IMG/VR virus record: IMGVR_UViG_3300029288_000115
Coordinates: 32,163 to 96,162 of that record
DNA length: 64,000 nt
Source: a virus
Lineage: Duplodnaviria > Caudoviricetes
Reading direction: 5' to 3' (one strand)
Made by a program: the position numbers and the translations under genes. Under the pieces are notes generated by a model. That model had not been told where the DNA came from and searched no databases. It saw only the letters and a program-made list of their open reading frames with translations. Numbering within the stretch: the first letter of the stretch is position 1; each line of letters opens with the position of its first letter. Shown in pieces: positions 50,725 through 59,527 of this stretch.

Positions 50725-51028
50725 GTTTTCTCTCCTCTAAAAGGGCATAAAGCAAAAACAAATAATTTATCATGTCAATAATTCGCCCATTAATGGGCTC
50801 ACTATCTTTATACTCTTCCTTTATATAACTAGATAGAGCATCAAAGTGTTTTAGAAAATAAATAAACCACACAATTATTGGAGAAACTCCTGAAAGAATC
50901 TCTCCACGCTTAAAATTTCCAAGCTTATCTTCTCCTCCCGAATAAGCCATACCCTTCGTATTAAGAATCTTATAGCACTGCGGTAAAAGCTCTTTTGTCA
51001 ATAATTCATTAAATCTTTCAGGTGTCAT
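50708..51028 (-). CDS. Nucleotide-modification-associated all-alpha (MazG-like/Nmad1) protein
   Basis: KxxxY...NF...KH...EPI...D.INY pattern. Confidence 0.6.
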   Translation of the reverse strand: MTPERFNELLTKELLPQCYKILNTKGMAYSGGEDKLGNFKRGEILSGVSPIIVWFIYFLKHFDALSSYIKEEYKDSEPINGRIIDMINYLFLLYALLEERKHDFGS

Positions 51029-51594
51029 TCTCCGACCTCCATAATTTTAGTCTTATACTTTAAATTTGAGGCACTAACTATACTACTTCCATACTTATTC
51101 CATTTCCATACCACTCTCACTGAAAAATTAACTTTAGCATCCTGAACATGACTTACTGCAGTACGAATTAAATCCCTTAATGAAATTTTCTTAATTAACT
51201 TATAAAGAGCTAAAACAAAGGCGTCTTTTAAATGCCTACTTCGATAATAAACAGGGACAAGCTTAAAAGCCTTATCCCGTTCAAACATTCTTTTAAGCTT
51301 CTCTCCGCTCACTCGTCGTAGATCTTGCCACTCATTAATTACTTCTATGACATCCTTAAACTGTACGATCTGAAAAGCCAATATGTATTCAACATCTAAG
51401 TTAGCAAAAACATTATCAATATGTTTTCCCATAAGCCAAGTTCTTGGCCATCTTTTATCATTACAAGGAAGCGCTTCAGAAATAAGAATATCCTCTAAAA
51501 CACTTTTAGAGACGTCCAACTCTAATGATAAAGACTCTAAGATTCTATCTAAACTTTGAACGAGTTTCTCTTCAAAATAATCACCTAACCGCAT
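51025..51594 (-). CDS. Hypothetical protein
   Basis: Coupled ORF. Confidence 0.5.
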   Translation of the reverse strand: MRLGDYFEEKLVQSLDRILESLSLELDVSKSVLEDILISEALPCNDKRWPRTWLMGKHIDNVFANLDVEYILAFQIVQFKDVIEVINEWQDLRRVSGEKLKRMFERDKAFKLVPVYYRSRHLKDAFVLALYKLIKKISLRDLIRTAVSHVQDAKVNFSVRVVWKWNKYGSSIVSASNLKYKTKIMEVGE

Positions 51595-52184
51595 TTAACC
51601 AACAACTCCACAGCACTTTCTAAGGTTTTAATTCCATATCGAAAATCTGTTATTCTCATTCCTTCTTGCAACATATATTCCCTAAGATCCGTCTTTCTAA
51701 TTTCTGTGTGGCGTCGCTGTAGATCACTATTTCTTCGTTGTCGTAAGACAAATAAATTATCACTCTCTTGTAAGACCACATCCAGAATTCGTAAAGAATA
51801 TATATTATTTCTAACTAAAGATCGCAAGTCTTCCGCAAAGCTATTGCTATATGAAGTAAAAGACTTACTAATCACAAAGTTATCACCTAAAACCTCTAAA
51901 GAGATAAACCGACCTATACCTTCTCTACGAATCAAATCAATGCATTTAACCTTTAAACATACAACAAGGACTTTGACAAAAGCCAAGTCCTCTAAGTGTC
52001 GATATAACTTCCAAATTGTATAGTATACTAATAACAACTCACCATATAAATCATCACGAGATATTCTAAATCCGGACTTTCTACTCCATTTTGAACTGGC
52101 TGCCCTTAAATACCGATCATACTTTTCTAATTCCCCCCAAATATTCTCTACCCTAACACTCTGATCACTCATAACCACCTCCAC
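51585..52184 (-). CDS. Hypothetical protein, weakly sigma-region-2-like
   Basis: SRDDLYGELLL...IDLIRRE resemblance only. Confidence 0.35.
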   Translation of the reverse strand: MEVVMSDQSVRVENIWGELEKYDRYLRAASSKWSRKSGFRISRDDLYGELLLVYYTIWKLYRHLEDLAFVKVLVVCLKVKCIDLIRREGIGRFISLEVLGDNFVISKSFTSYSNSFAEDLRSLVRNNIYSLRILDVVLQESDNLFVLRQRRNSDLQRRHTEIRKTDLREYMLQEGMRITDFRYGIKTLESAVELLVKCG

Positions 52185-52436
52185 ATTTAAACACCCACTA
52201 CTCTTTTTACCTTTAAAATATCTGAACTTTTCAATATCCCTTTATACATTTTTGCCACTCTACTTCCGCACTTAAATACGCGCTTTATCGCATAAATATC
52301 ACCCCCTTCTGACTTCTTAATAAAACTTAAAATCTCTTTTACGTCATTAGAAAAACAACCAGCCTCTTGAACCTCCTTACTTATATTATAATCCATTCTA
52401 CTAAGCATTTCAAGTAAAATACTATTCATTATTTCC

Positions 52437-53324
52437 CTAAATTAAATAAGTTTTTAATTCAATTAAGCATGCCATTAAATTGATATCTTTTCTATATACA
52501 AAACCATTCTGAAAGGCATAATGGGCTACTATCTTTACCATCTCTTCCCAATTCATACTTTTAAAGGCATAATCATAAAGGTAAGAATAAATACTAGTCA
52601 TATCAATATAAGAAACAATTAACTGTTTTAAATCCAACCAAGACCCGCTCTTCACGAGATCAAAAATTTTCTCTATATCCTCCACTTTTCTAACCTCATT
52701 AAAACTCAACTCTCCAGTAATACTATTCTTTTGTAATTCATTTATCAACATTCTCATATCATCATTACACTCTTCTATATACTTTAAAATGTCTTCCTCG
52801 TTATACCTTATGTTCTCCTTAACCAAAATTTCTATTACCAGCTTTAACTGCTCTTTCACCGGAAGACGCTCAAAACTTACACATTGACAACGGCTTTGTA
52901 TTGGCCTAATAATTTTTTTCTCGATATTTGCAGTTAAAATAAAACGACTTTTCTCAGCAAAAGTCTCCATCATATTCCTTAAACATTGCTGACCATCTGC
53001 AGAAATACCATCAGCCTCATCAAGCATAACTATCTTTAACTGATCTCCAGCATCCAAAGAAACAAAACGCTTAATTTTAGTTCTAACAGTATCTATACCA
53101 CGCTCATCCGAAGCATTTAATTCCATACTACTAGCATTAAGCTCATCTATAAGAATTCTTGCCAAAGTGGTTTTTCCACAACCGGCATCCCCAATCAATA
53201 ATAAATGAGGAATACTTTTATGGTTCACAAAGTTCTCAACTAATAACCTCAAATCTCTGGATAAAACCATATCTTCTATTCTCTGAGGCCGATATTTTTC
53301 ACACCAAATTAAATTCTTCATCAT
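52437..53324 (-). CDS. Clamp loader subunit (RFC small/gp44-like)
   Basis: WCEKYRP, GDAGCGKTT, LNASDERGID, LDEAD, IQSRC. Confidence 0.95.
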   Translation of the reverse strand: MMKNLIWCEKYRPQRIEDMVLSRDLRLLVENFVNHKSIPHLLLIGDAGCGKTTLARILIDELNASSMELNASDERGIDTVRTKIKRFVSLDAGDQLKIVMLDEADGISADGQQCLRNMMETFAEKSRFILTANIEKKIIRPIQSRCQCVSFERLPVKEQLKLVIEILVKENIRYNEEDILKYIEECNDDMRMLINELQKNSITGELSFNEVRKVEDIEKIFDLVKSGSWLDLKQLIVSYIDMTSIYSYLYDYAFKSMNWEEMVKIVAHYAFQNGFVYRKDINLMACLIELKTYLI

Positions 53325-54106
53325 TAAATTCCTGTTAACAGCTTTCTACTCTCTTCTATATAATAATCTAATTTAATCACCTTCTGTAACGCACGAAAAG
53401 TCTCACTAATTCTCCCCCAAGAATAATGACTATAACTCTTTTCTTTCCAAGCGTTCCACATCTCTACAGAAGTTCTTCTTGCATATAAGTTCTCCCAAGG
53501 CTTTGATTCATAGAGCTCAAAAATATCATTATTTATCATAGCTATCCATCGCTTAAAGCAAGTTCCGCAGATTCCACAATTATGAAGTTTACCATGATAA
53601 CAAGAGCTAGTTAGCTTTAATTTTTCTTCTCCAATTCCATGAGCTAAAGCCCATTGCACTACTTTAGTCTTTGTAAAATGACCAAAGGGGGTTTCAATAA
53701 TAGTCTTCGACTGCTGTATTTCAAAAATATAAGATAAAAGATTCGTTGCCTCTCTAAAAAATTTGTGGCTCTTATCATGCTCACGAGCAAAAGCGTGTTG
53801 TTCTCCACTAAGAGCACCCAACCATACTCTATCAGCAAATGAAGCTCCTATTACTGCAAAAAGTAAGTTCCTTCCTGGGATAATCCAATTATCTGTAGTA
53901 ATCTCTGTTTGGAGCCACCCATCAACCTTTACCTCTTTATATTTAACATCTAAGGTGGCCAAAGCTTCTCTTTCTTTTTCGACATAAGGTTGTCCAAAAG
54001 AAATAAAAACCGGATAGGGCTCTAAACCTAAACTCTTAGCATACTTAATACTAACAAAACTATCTAAACCGCCACTTACCATTATACAAACTTTATTTAA
54101 TCCCAT
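53324..54106 (-). CDS. queC: 7-cyano-7-deazaguanine synthase
   Basis: SGGLDS, IPGRNLLF, SCY..HNCGICGTCFKR. Confidence 0.92.
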   Translation of the reverse strand: MGLNKVCIMVSGGLDSFVSIKYAKSLGLEPYPVFISFGQPYVEKEREALATLDVKYKEVKVDGWLQTEITTDNWIIPGRNLLFAVIGASFADRVWLGALSGEQHAFAREHDKSHKFFREATNLLSYIFEIQQSKTIIETPFGHFTKTKVVQWALAHGIGEEKLKLTSSCYHGKLHNCGICGTCFKRWIAMINNDIFELYESKPWENLYARRTSVEMWNAWKEKSYSHYSWGRISETFRALQKVIKLDYYIEESRKLLTGI

Positions 54107-54119
54107 ATTAAATCCCCCC

Positions 54120-54803
54120 CTATTTACTCTTTACCACCTTTAAAGCTTTTTCTATAAAACTCACCTGTGGGAGTTTGCCCGTCTTTTGCCCCACATACCA
54201 AATCTCTCTTCTTCTAGGCTTTCTCTTAGGTTTCAACTCAACCGTCTTAAGATCCAAAGTTTTAAAACCAAAGCGCCTCCATAAACTCTCTAAAAATTTT
54301 TCATTAAATCCACTATAATGAGTAGTTGAATCTCTTAAATCCCAAGACCATTCATCATCAATATGTGGAACAGCAACAAAAACCTTTCCACCCACTCTTA
54401 ATATTGAATTTACCTGTTCAATTAATCGCATAGGGGAATCTGCGTGCTCAAGTGTGTGATTTATAAAAACATTGTCCAAAAACGCTTTCTTAACCATAGT
54501 TTGCGATAATCGATAAAAATCCATCCTAAGCAAAATAACATTAAAGATTCCATCAACGGGATGAAGATCTACACCCACCGAACTAAAACCCTTTTGATTA
54601 AATAAATGTACAGCAAAACCATAAGCACAACCTACATCCAAAACTGTACCCTTTAAAAAATACTTACTGGCAAATTCAACGCTTTGCTTCACATATCGTT
54701 CAGTCCAATAATCTCTTCCCTTTCGATAATCGTGTCGTTCCAAAATAGGAAGCCCAAAGGCCTTACTTACTATGCAACCCTTATTGATTCTTCGTCTACT
54801 CAT
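54120..54803 (-). CDS. Class I SAM-dependent methyltransferase
   Basis: VLDVGCAYG, HTLEH, LRVGGKVFVAVP. Confidence 0.85.
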   Translation of the reverse strand: MSRRRINKGCIVSKAFGLPILERHDYRKGRDYWTERYVKQSVEFASKYFLKGTVLDVGCAYGFAVHLFNQKGFSSVGVDLHPVDGIFNVILLRMDFYRLSQTMVKKAFLDNVFINHTLEHADSPMRLIEQVNSILRVGGKVFVAVPHIDDEWSWDLRDSTTHYSGFNEKFLESLWRRFGFKTLDLKTVELKPKRKPRRREIWYVGQKTGKLPQVSFIEKALKVVKSK

Positions 54804-54836
54804 TTTTTCCTTTCAATTAGCTAACTTATTTTTAAC

Positions 54837-55121
54837 CTATCTTGTTGCTATCCAACACAGCTTTTTACCACCAAACCTATTATCTAATGGGGTGTCTCCC
54901 CAGTCATATAGGTCATTAAGAACACTATCAAAGTCTTCCACTGTCTCGACACACTCAAAATCACAAGCTATGTCTTCAAGGGTTTCTTTTTCGGCTTCAA
55001 AGCATTTTAATTTTCGTATTCGCTTGGCGACTTCTTTCCCCGCTTCAGCTATAGCAATTTTGTCCGCCCGATATTTTTTCCAAATATCAATTAATTCTAA
55101 TCTATTCAGCCATCTACTCAT
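54837..55121 (-). CDS. Hypothetical phage protein
   Basis: FDSVLNDLYDWGD motif; GGAGGT RBS. Confidence 0.55.
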   Translation of the reverse strand: MSRWLNRLELIDIWKKYRADKIAIAEAGKEVAKRIRKLKCFEAEKETLEDIACDFECVETVEDFDSVLNDLYDWGDTPLDNRFGGKKLCWIATR

Positions 55122-55164
55122 TTTCGACCTCCTATTCTTCTACCCCATGTCCACCCTTCTTTGG

Positions 55165-55956
55165 CTATTGCTTCATCAAATTCAAAAATGGGACAGCCCC
55201 ATCAGGTATCATTTGCACAGGAAGTTTGCCATCCCATTTCTCAATGGCTCTCAACTGAACATAGTAAATACCCCCTTGCTTTGCGATACTCTCTACCTGT
55301 ATCCTTATTTTTTCTGCTTCTGCTCTCGCCGTTGCAAGAATTTGTTCTGCCTCGAACTTCTTTGTTTCCAAAACATTCTTGGCCGTAAGGGCATTCTGTT
55401 CAGCTGTTACTTTGGCCTCTATAGCCTTATCAAATTCTGTAGAGAATTTGAAATTAACTATTGATACTTCATCAACAATGATATAATCTCTTCTCAATCT
55501 TTCTAAAAGTAATCTCTTTACCTCATCTCTTACAATCTCTCTTTTAGTTATGACCTCCTCAGCAGTAAACTTAGCAGTAGCCGCCTTAACAGCCTCTTGT
55601 ATAGCAGGGTCAATAATCCTCTTCTTAAAATCTTTGCCTATACTTTGATAAAGCGTATTTACCTCATCAGGCATTATATGATAATTAAGAGCAATAGTCG
55701 TAGTGACTGTCTGCAAATCTTTAGAAGCAGCATCAGTTTGAACTTCATCCTTTTGTATTTGCACATCCATCTTTACGACGTTTTGAATAAAAGGCGTACG
55801 AAAATTCAATCCTTCTCCCATAATCTTTTCCGATACTGCCCCCAGATTAAGAATAACACCTCTACGACCAGCACTAATTATTACCATCGGATTTGCTAAC
55901 AGCAATACTAACAATACAAGAAAACCAGCAATAATCCTAAACATTCCTTTAGTCAT
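55165..55956 (-). CDS. SPFH/band-7/prohibitin membrane protein
   Basis: N-terminal TM, GEGLNF..P, SKDLQ, AIEAK, KWDGKLP. Confidence 0.93.
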   Translation of the reverse strand: MTKGMFRIIAGFLVLLVLLLANPMVIISAGRRGVILNLGAVSEKIMGEGLNFRTPFIQNVVKMDVQIQKDEVQTDAASKDLQTVTTTIALNYHIMPDEVNTLYQSIGKDFKKRIIDPAIQEAVKAATAKFTAEEVITKREIVRDEVKRLLLERLRRDYIIVDEVSIVNFKFSTEFDKAIEAKVTAEQNALTAKNVLETKKFEAEQILATARAEAEKIRIQVESIAKQGGIYYVQLRAIEKWDGKLPVQMIPDGAVPFLNLMKQ

Positions 55957-56081
55957 CTTTTTCCTCCTTTTTTGTCTTGCAATTCTTCATTGATAGCAAT
56001 AATATGCACTCCATCACAAATGCAATACCCAAACACTGAACTGCACTCAACACCCTTTCTCACCTCCTTACTCTCTTTTTG

Positions 56082-56173
56082 TTGGGACTGACTCCAGAGA
56101 GTTATTGTGTCTTATCCGCAGCGGTATCTTACTCCGAGTATCTGCGTCCTCGTTATTCCAGAGCCAGCCCCAA
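56082..56173 (-). ncRNA. Putative structured intergenic RNA
   Basis: 17-bp closing stem with four G:U pairs that form only on the minus strand; inner CGCAG/CUGCG helix. Confidence 0.55.
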
Positions 56174-56200
56174 TACCAATCAAGCTCAACCTTATTTCCT

Positions 56201-56512
56201 CTACACCCTAACCTGTAAAACTCCTGAAAGATAATCCTCTAAACCAAAAATTTTATACCCAACACCATATCTTCCAGGTTTATATCCTAACCTCTTCAAT
56301 AATATAATATACCATTCCAATCGAGTATTAAACTTATCAGCTAAATCCTCTACACCAGATATAACACAACCCATAGCAAAAGTAGCAAAAAATCGAACTA
56401 AAGTCTTTATCTCATCAATCTGTGGTACATACCCTTCCACAAAGCTATCAAAAATAGGTTCAAAAAACTTGTCCTTCTTCATATAATCTAAATCATCAAA
56501 AATACTCATCAC
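56201..56512 (-). CDS. Hypothetical protein
   Basis: GGAGG RBS. Confidence 0.5.
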   Translation of the reverse strand: MMSIFDDLDYMKKDKFFEPIFDSFVEGYVPQIDEIKTLVRFFATFAMGCVISGVEDLADKFNTRLEWYIILLKRLGYKPGRYGVGYKIFGLEDYLSGVLQVRV

Positions 56513-56531
56513 TATCCTCCCTTCTACTCGT

Positions 56532-57749
56532 CTACTTATCCATTCTTAGCCTAATAAATACTGGAAATCTTAAAGAACCATCAGAGGTCTTCTCTTGACC
56601 TTTAACCTCAATTACCCGTCCAATCATTTTATCTTTTATCTTCCAAAACTCTTCTCTCTCCTCGTCCGAATAACCCCCACCAATATTAACGTCTTTTTCT
56701 CCTAATTTACAAATAAAAGCCCCTAACTTATTCTTATGTCTACCAGTTCCTTCCTTATAAGCCACAATCTTTGCATCATAGGTTTCTTCAAATTTCATCT
56801 TTAGCCAATCTCTGGAGCGATCAAACTGGTAAACGCCTCTTAATCTCTTTGCCACTGCACCCTCGTAGCCCAAATCTAAAAATTTCTTAGCAAAGTTCCA
56901 AGCATCTTCAACAGAACCAACATTATAATAAGGAGTCTTAATACTATAAACTAAATTATTTGGCAATAAAGAAATCTTTACTAACCGCTCCTCCTGCATA
57001 ACTATTCCTTGTTTTTGGTCCCACTCCTCTAAAGTTAACCAATCAAAAGCGTTAAATCTAACACTTCTAAGTGCTCTATTCGACTTTGAAGCCTTTACTA
57101 CTGACGCCGTTTCATTCCAGGTCTTTCCACAAATTTCCCCATCCAATACCCCATTCTCTATATGTTTCTCAAGCTCTCTAACTATACAATCTATATTAAA
57201 TAAGCTTTTTCCATTTCGAGATAAAGCCCCTAAACATTTGTGGTTTCTAAAAATTAGAACGCATCTTAATCCGTCATATTTAGGCTGTACTATCCAACCA
57301 TCTCTTAAATCCTCATTACCCAAGGATTCAGCCAACTGCACTCCAAATCTAGGCACAAGACCTGGAAATACCTTATCAATAGAACTACTTGATATTCCAA
57401 TACGTAGAGTCTTTTCCCACATAGCCTTTAACCATTTATTAACTAATGCATTATCTGTCGATATGGTTTCGCATATAGTTTGCCGTGCAGCACTACCAGT
57501 TAACTCTCTTAATGATAATGTATTAACTAGGGCCTTCAAATGATTTACGTCTAAAATACTAAAGGAATTTCCAAGAGCGCTACAGGTTGAGATACCAAAA
57601 GTAATATTATTATCAAATAGAGCCTTAAAGTAAAACTTTGCAAAGTCATTACTCTGCAAGGTCCTTAACAACTCCAATTTTTGATTTCTACCTGAAACTC
57701 GACTAATTAACTCCAGGGTTTCAAAACACTTTAACATTCCACTATCCAT
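56532..57749 (-). CDS. lig: ATP-dependent DNA ligase
   Basis: KYDGLR, LDGE, FD, EGAVAK, WLKMK, SLRFP. Confidence 0.95.
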   Translation of the reverse strand: MDSGMLKCFETLELISRVSGRNQKLELLRTLQSNDFAKFYFKALFDNNITFGISTCSALGNSFSILDVNHLKALVNTLSLRELTGSAARQTICETISTDNALVNKWLKAMWEKTLRIGISSSSIDKVFPGLVPRFGVQLAESLGNEDLRDGWIVQPKYDGLRCVLIFRNHKCLGALSRNGKSLFNIDCIVRELEKHIENGVLDGEICGKTWNETASVVKASKSNRALRSVRFNAFDWLTLEEWDQKQGIVMQEERLVKISLLPNNLVYSIKTPYYNVGSVEDAWNFAKKFLDLGYEGAVAKRLRGVYQFDRSRDWLKMKFEETYDAKIVAYKEGTGRHKNKLGAFICKLGEKDVNIGGGYSDEEREEFWKIKDKMIGRVIEVKGQEKTSDGSLRFPVFIRLRMDK

Positions 57750-58153
57750 TAAACCTTTCCTTCCTTATATTTACTGATAGCAGCAGAAACGTACTCAGAG
57801 GTAAAGCAAATTCTCTGTCCTTCAGGATTCTGTGCAATAATAGGATACTTTGGTCGACGTATCAAAAGACCAATGATTTTACACACACCATGGCGACTCA
57901 TAAAGAGTTTCCCTAAATCTGAGGCTTCCAAGCCATAAGTAGAGGCATATTTTAAAAAGTCTTCTCTCTCTTTCGTCCTAACTTCCCCAGACTTATCTAC
58001 CAAAGAAACACTTAATTGAAACGTAGCCGACGTTTCGCTAAAAGAAATGTTTCCCATGGAGAACTTAACAGACTGCTCCGATTCCAGATTTTTTAAAGCC
58101 CCCATAATTCCATCTCTTATTTCCTTTAGTATCTCTTTTGTTAACCTTGTCAT
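57749..58153 (-). CDS. Hypothetical phage protein
   Basis: Coupled ORF. Confidence 0.55.
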   Translation of the reverse strand: MTRLTKEILKEIRDGIMGALKNLESEQSVKFSMGNISFSETSATFQLSVSLVDKSGEVRTKEREDFLKYASTYGLEASDLGKLFMSRHGVCKIIGLLIRRPKYPIIAQNPEGQRICFTSEYVSAAISKYKEGKV

Positions 58154-58187
58154 TTTATACCCCCTATAAGAATTATTTTTTGCCTAT

Positions 58188-58442
58188 TTAATCTCGTACG
58201 ACAATATTTTCCAAATCTTCTCTTTCGCAATTATCAGCAATTTCTTTACAAATATCATATAGAGATAATCGTGCCTTATGTTCTGCTTCGCTTAAACTAT
58301 CGTCAATATGCATTGCGCAGTCTCTTAAATCGCCTAATGTATTTTCGAATCTACAATATGCCATATTTCCCATTGTTCTTTCTCCTTTCACTAGTTCATT
58401 ATATAATAACCATATACACAACGTGTACCATTTCTCGAACAA
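58188..58442 (-). CDS. Hypothetical phage protein (likely start MGNMAYCRFENT)
   Basis: NMxYCRFENTxxDLxDC motif. Confidence 0.55.
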   Translation of the reverse strand: MFEKWYTLCIWLLYNELVKGERTMGNMAYCRFENTLGDLRDCAMHIDDSLSEAEHKARLSLYDICKEIADNCEREDLENIVVRD

Positions 58443-58903
58443 TTATAGGTGTCCTGAATGACTCCATCAATAACAGCAACCACATGCTTCGATACGCGAA
58501 CTACCAAACGTCCTGTCGGCAACTCTTCTTTTCTTAAATGAACTCTACACCCACTTCCAATAAACATAGTAGAAGTCCATTTCCAACCCAATGAAAGCAT
58601 ATATTTAGTAAGAGTTTTTCTTCCTATGCCCGTTCTTGCATTGGAACGATGCCTGTGTCTCCGAGTGATCCTTTCCATTTCTCCCAGTATATTAAGATTA
58701 TTATAAACCTCCTGATAAGGCTTTCCTGTAGCTATCGCTACAGCACGAACAACACAATCCCCCGTCTTACCTTTATATCCAGCTGCTTGTCGACCACCAT
58801 CATTATATGCAAAATCCACTCTATCCTCCTTTCTATTCCATCTCCGTATGGTCAATATCTTCTCCCTCATTATCATACCACTCTGTCCACTCTCCATTTT
58901 CAT
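58391..58903 (-). CDS. Conserved phage hypothetical, papain-like Cys/His pattern
   Basis: GDCVVRAVAIATG...KHVVAVIDG. Confidence 0.55.
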   Translation of the reverse strand: MKMESGQSGMIMREKILTIRRWNRKEDRVDFAYNDGGRQAAGYKGKTGDCVVRAVAIATGKPYQEVYNNLNILGEMERITRRHRHRSNARTGIGRKTLTKYMLSLGWKWTSTMFIGSGCRVHLRKEELPTGRLVVRVSKHVVAVIDGVIQDTYNCSRNGTRCVYGYYIMN

Positions 58904-59141
58904 AAACCTCTAAACCAGCGGCATTACTATAATCAGACTTTATGTGTTGCGAAAATTGAAATATATCATAAAGAGCCAAAACATCTAGAACTTTTCTAGC
59001 TTCTTTAATACTATCAACATCTACTTTAAAGGATTCTCCTGGCACTTGTGGTATATGCCAAACTCTTAGTTGACCTTCCTTAATGTTTTCCATTCTTCTC
59101 ATCTCCTTACTGAATCGTTTTGTTCTCACTATCCTCATCAA
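58833..59141 (-). CDS. P22 gp17-like superinfection-exclusion family protein
   Basis: LRVWHIPQVP...YD.FQ...IK.DY.NA.GLE pattern recalled from that family. Confidence 0.65.
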   Translation of the reverse strand: MMRIVRTKRFSKEMRRMENIKEGQLRVWHIPQVPGESFKVDVDSIKEARKVLDVLALYDIFQFSQHIKSDYSNAAGLEVYENGEWTEWYDNEGEDIDHTEME

Positions 59142-59406
59142 TTAGTTCAAAGTCTATCTCAAAAGACCGCCCTTGTGGTAAATCCATAATAAAAGCCTGT
59201 TTAAAAGACTGATAGCCATTAGGCTCTCCATATATCTTTAACATTATAGCAAGAGCTAACTGAGCGGGACCGGAGCCACCATAGCCCCAATTAAAGCCAT
59301 CAGGACTGTGGTTATGAAGGGTTTGGCTTGGGGCAGGATCTAAAAGTTCTCCATCAAGCCAAACCCTTCTACTAGGATATTCACCCTTTAATTTATGCTT
59401 ACTCAT
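59107..59406 (-). CDS. DUF6166-like protein (start reassigned to MSKHKL)
   Basis: NHSPDGFNWGYGGSGPAQLALA; AGGAGGTG RBS; promoter just upstream. Confidence 0.7.
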   Translation of the reverse strand: MSKHKLKGEYPSRRVWLDGELLDPAPSQTLHNHSPDGFNWGYGGSGPAQLALAIMLKIYGEPNGYQSFKQAFIMDLPQGRSFEIDFELIDEDSENKTIQ

Positions 59407-59444
59407 TATCTCACCTCCTACCAGCTTATTAAGGTTATACATAT

Positions 59445-59473
59445 ATTATAGCATACTTCTCTAAAAATGTCAA
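59445..59473 (-). promoter_or_regulatory. Consensus sigma70 early promoter
   Basis: TTGACA-17 nt-TATAAT with extended -10 TG, intergenic, followed by a strong RBS. Confidence 0.9.
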
Positions 59474-59527
59474 GAACTTTCTTCAACATTTTTCATCTCT
59501 TCATACTACCCTTATTAACTATTCTTC

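Noticed and set aside
54772-55464. Plus-strand ORFs in the track (this 230-aa one is the longest)
   Set aside because: Antisense shadows of well-supported minus-strand genes, with no motifs or RBS.
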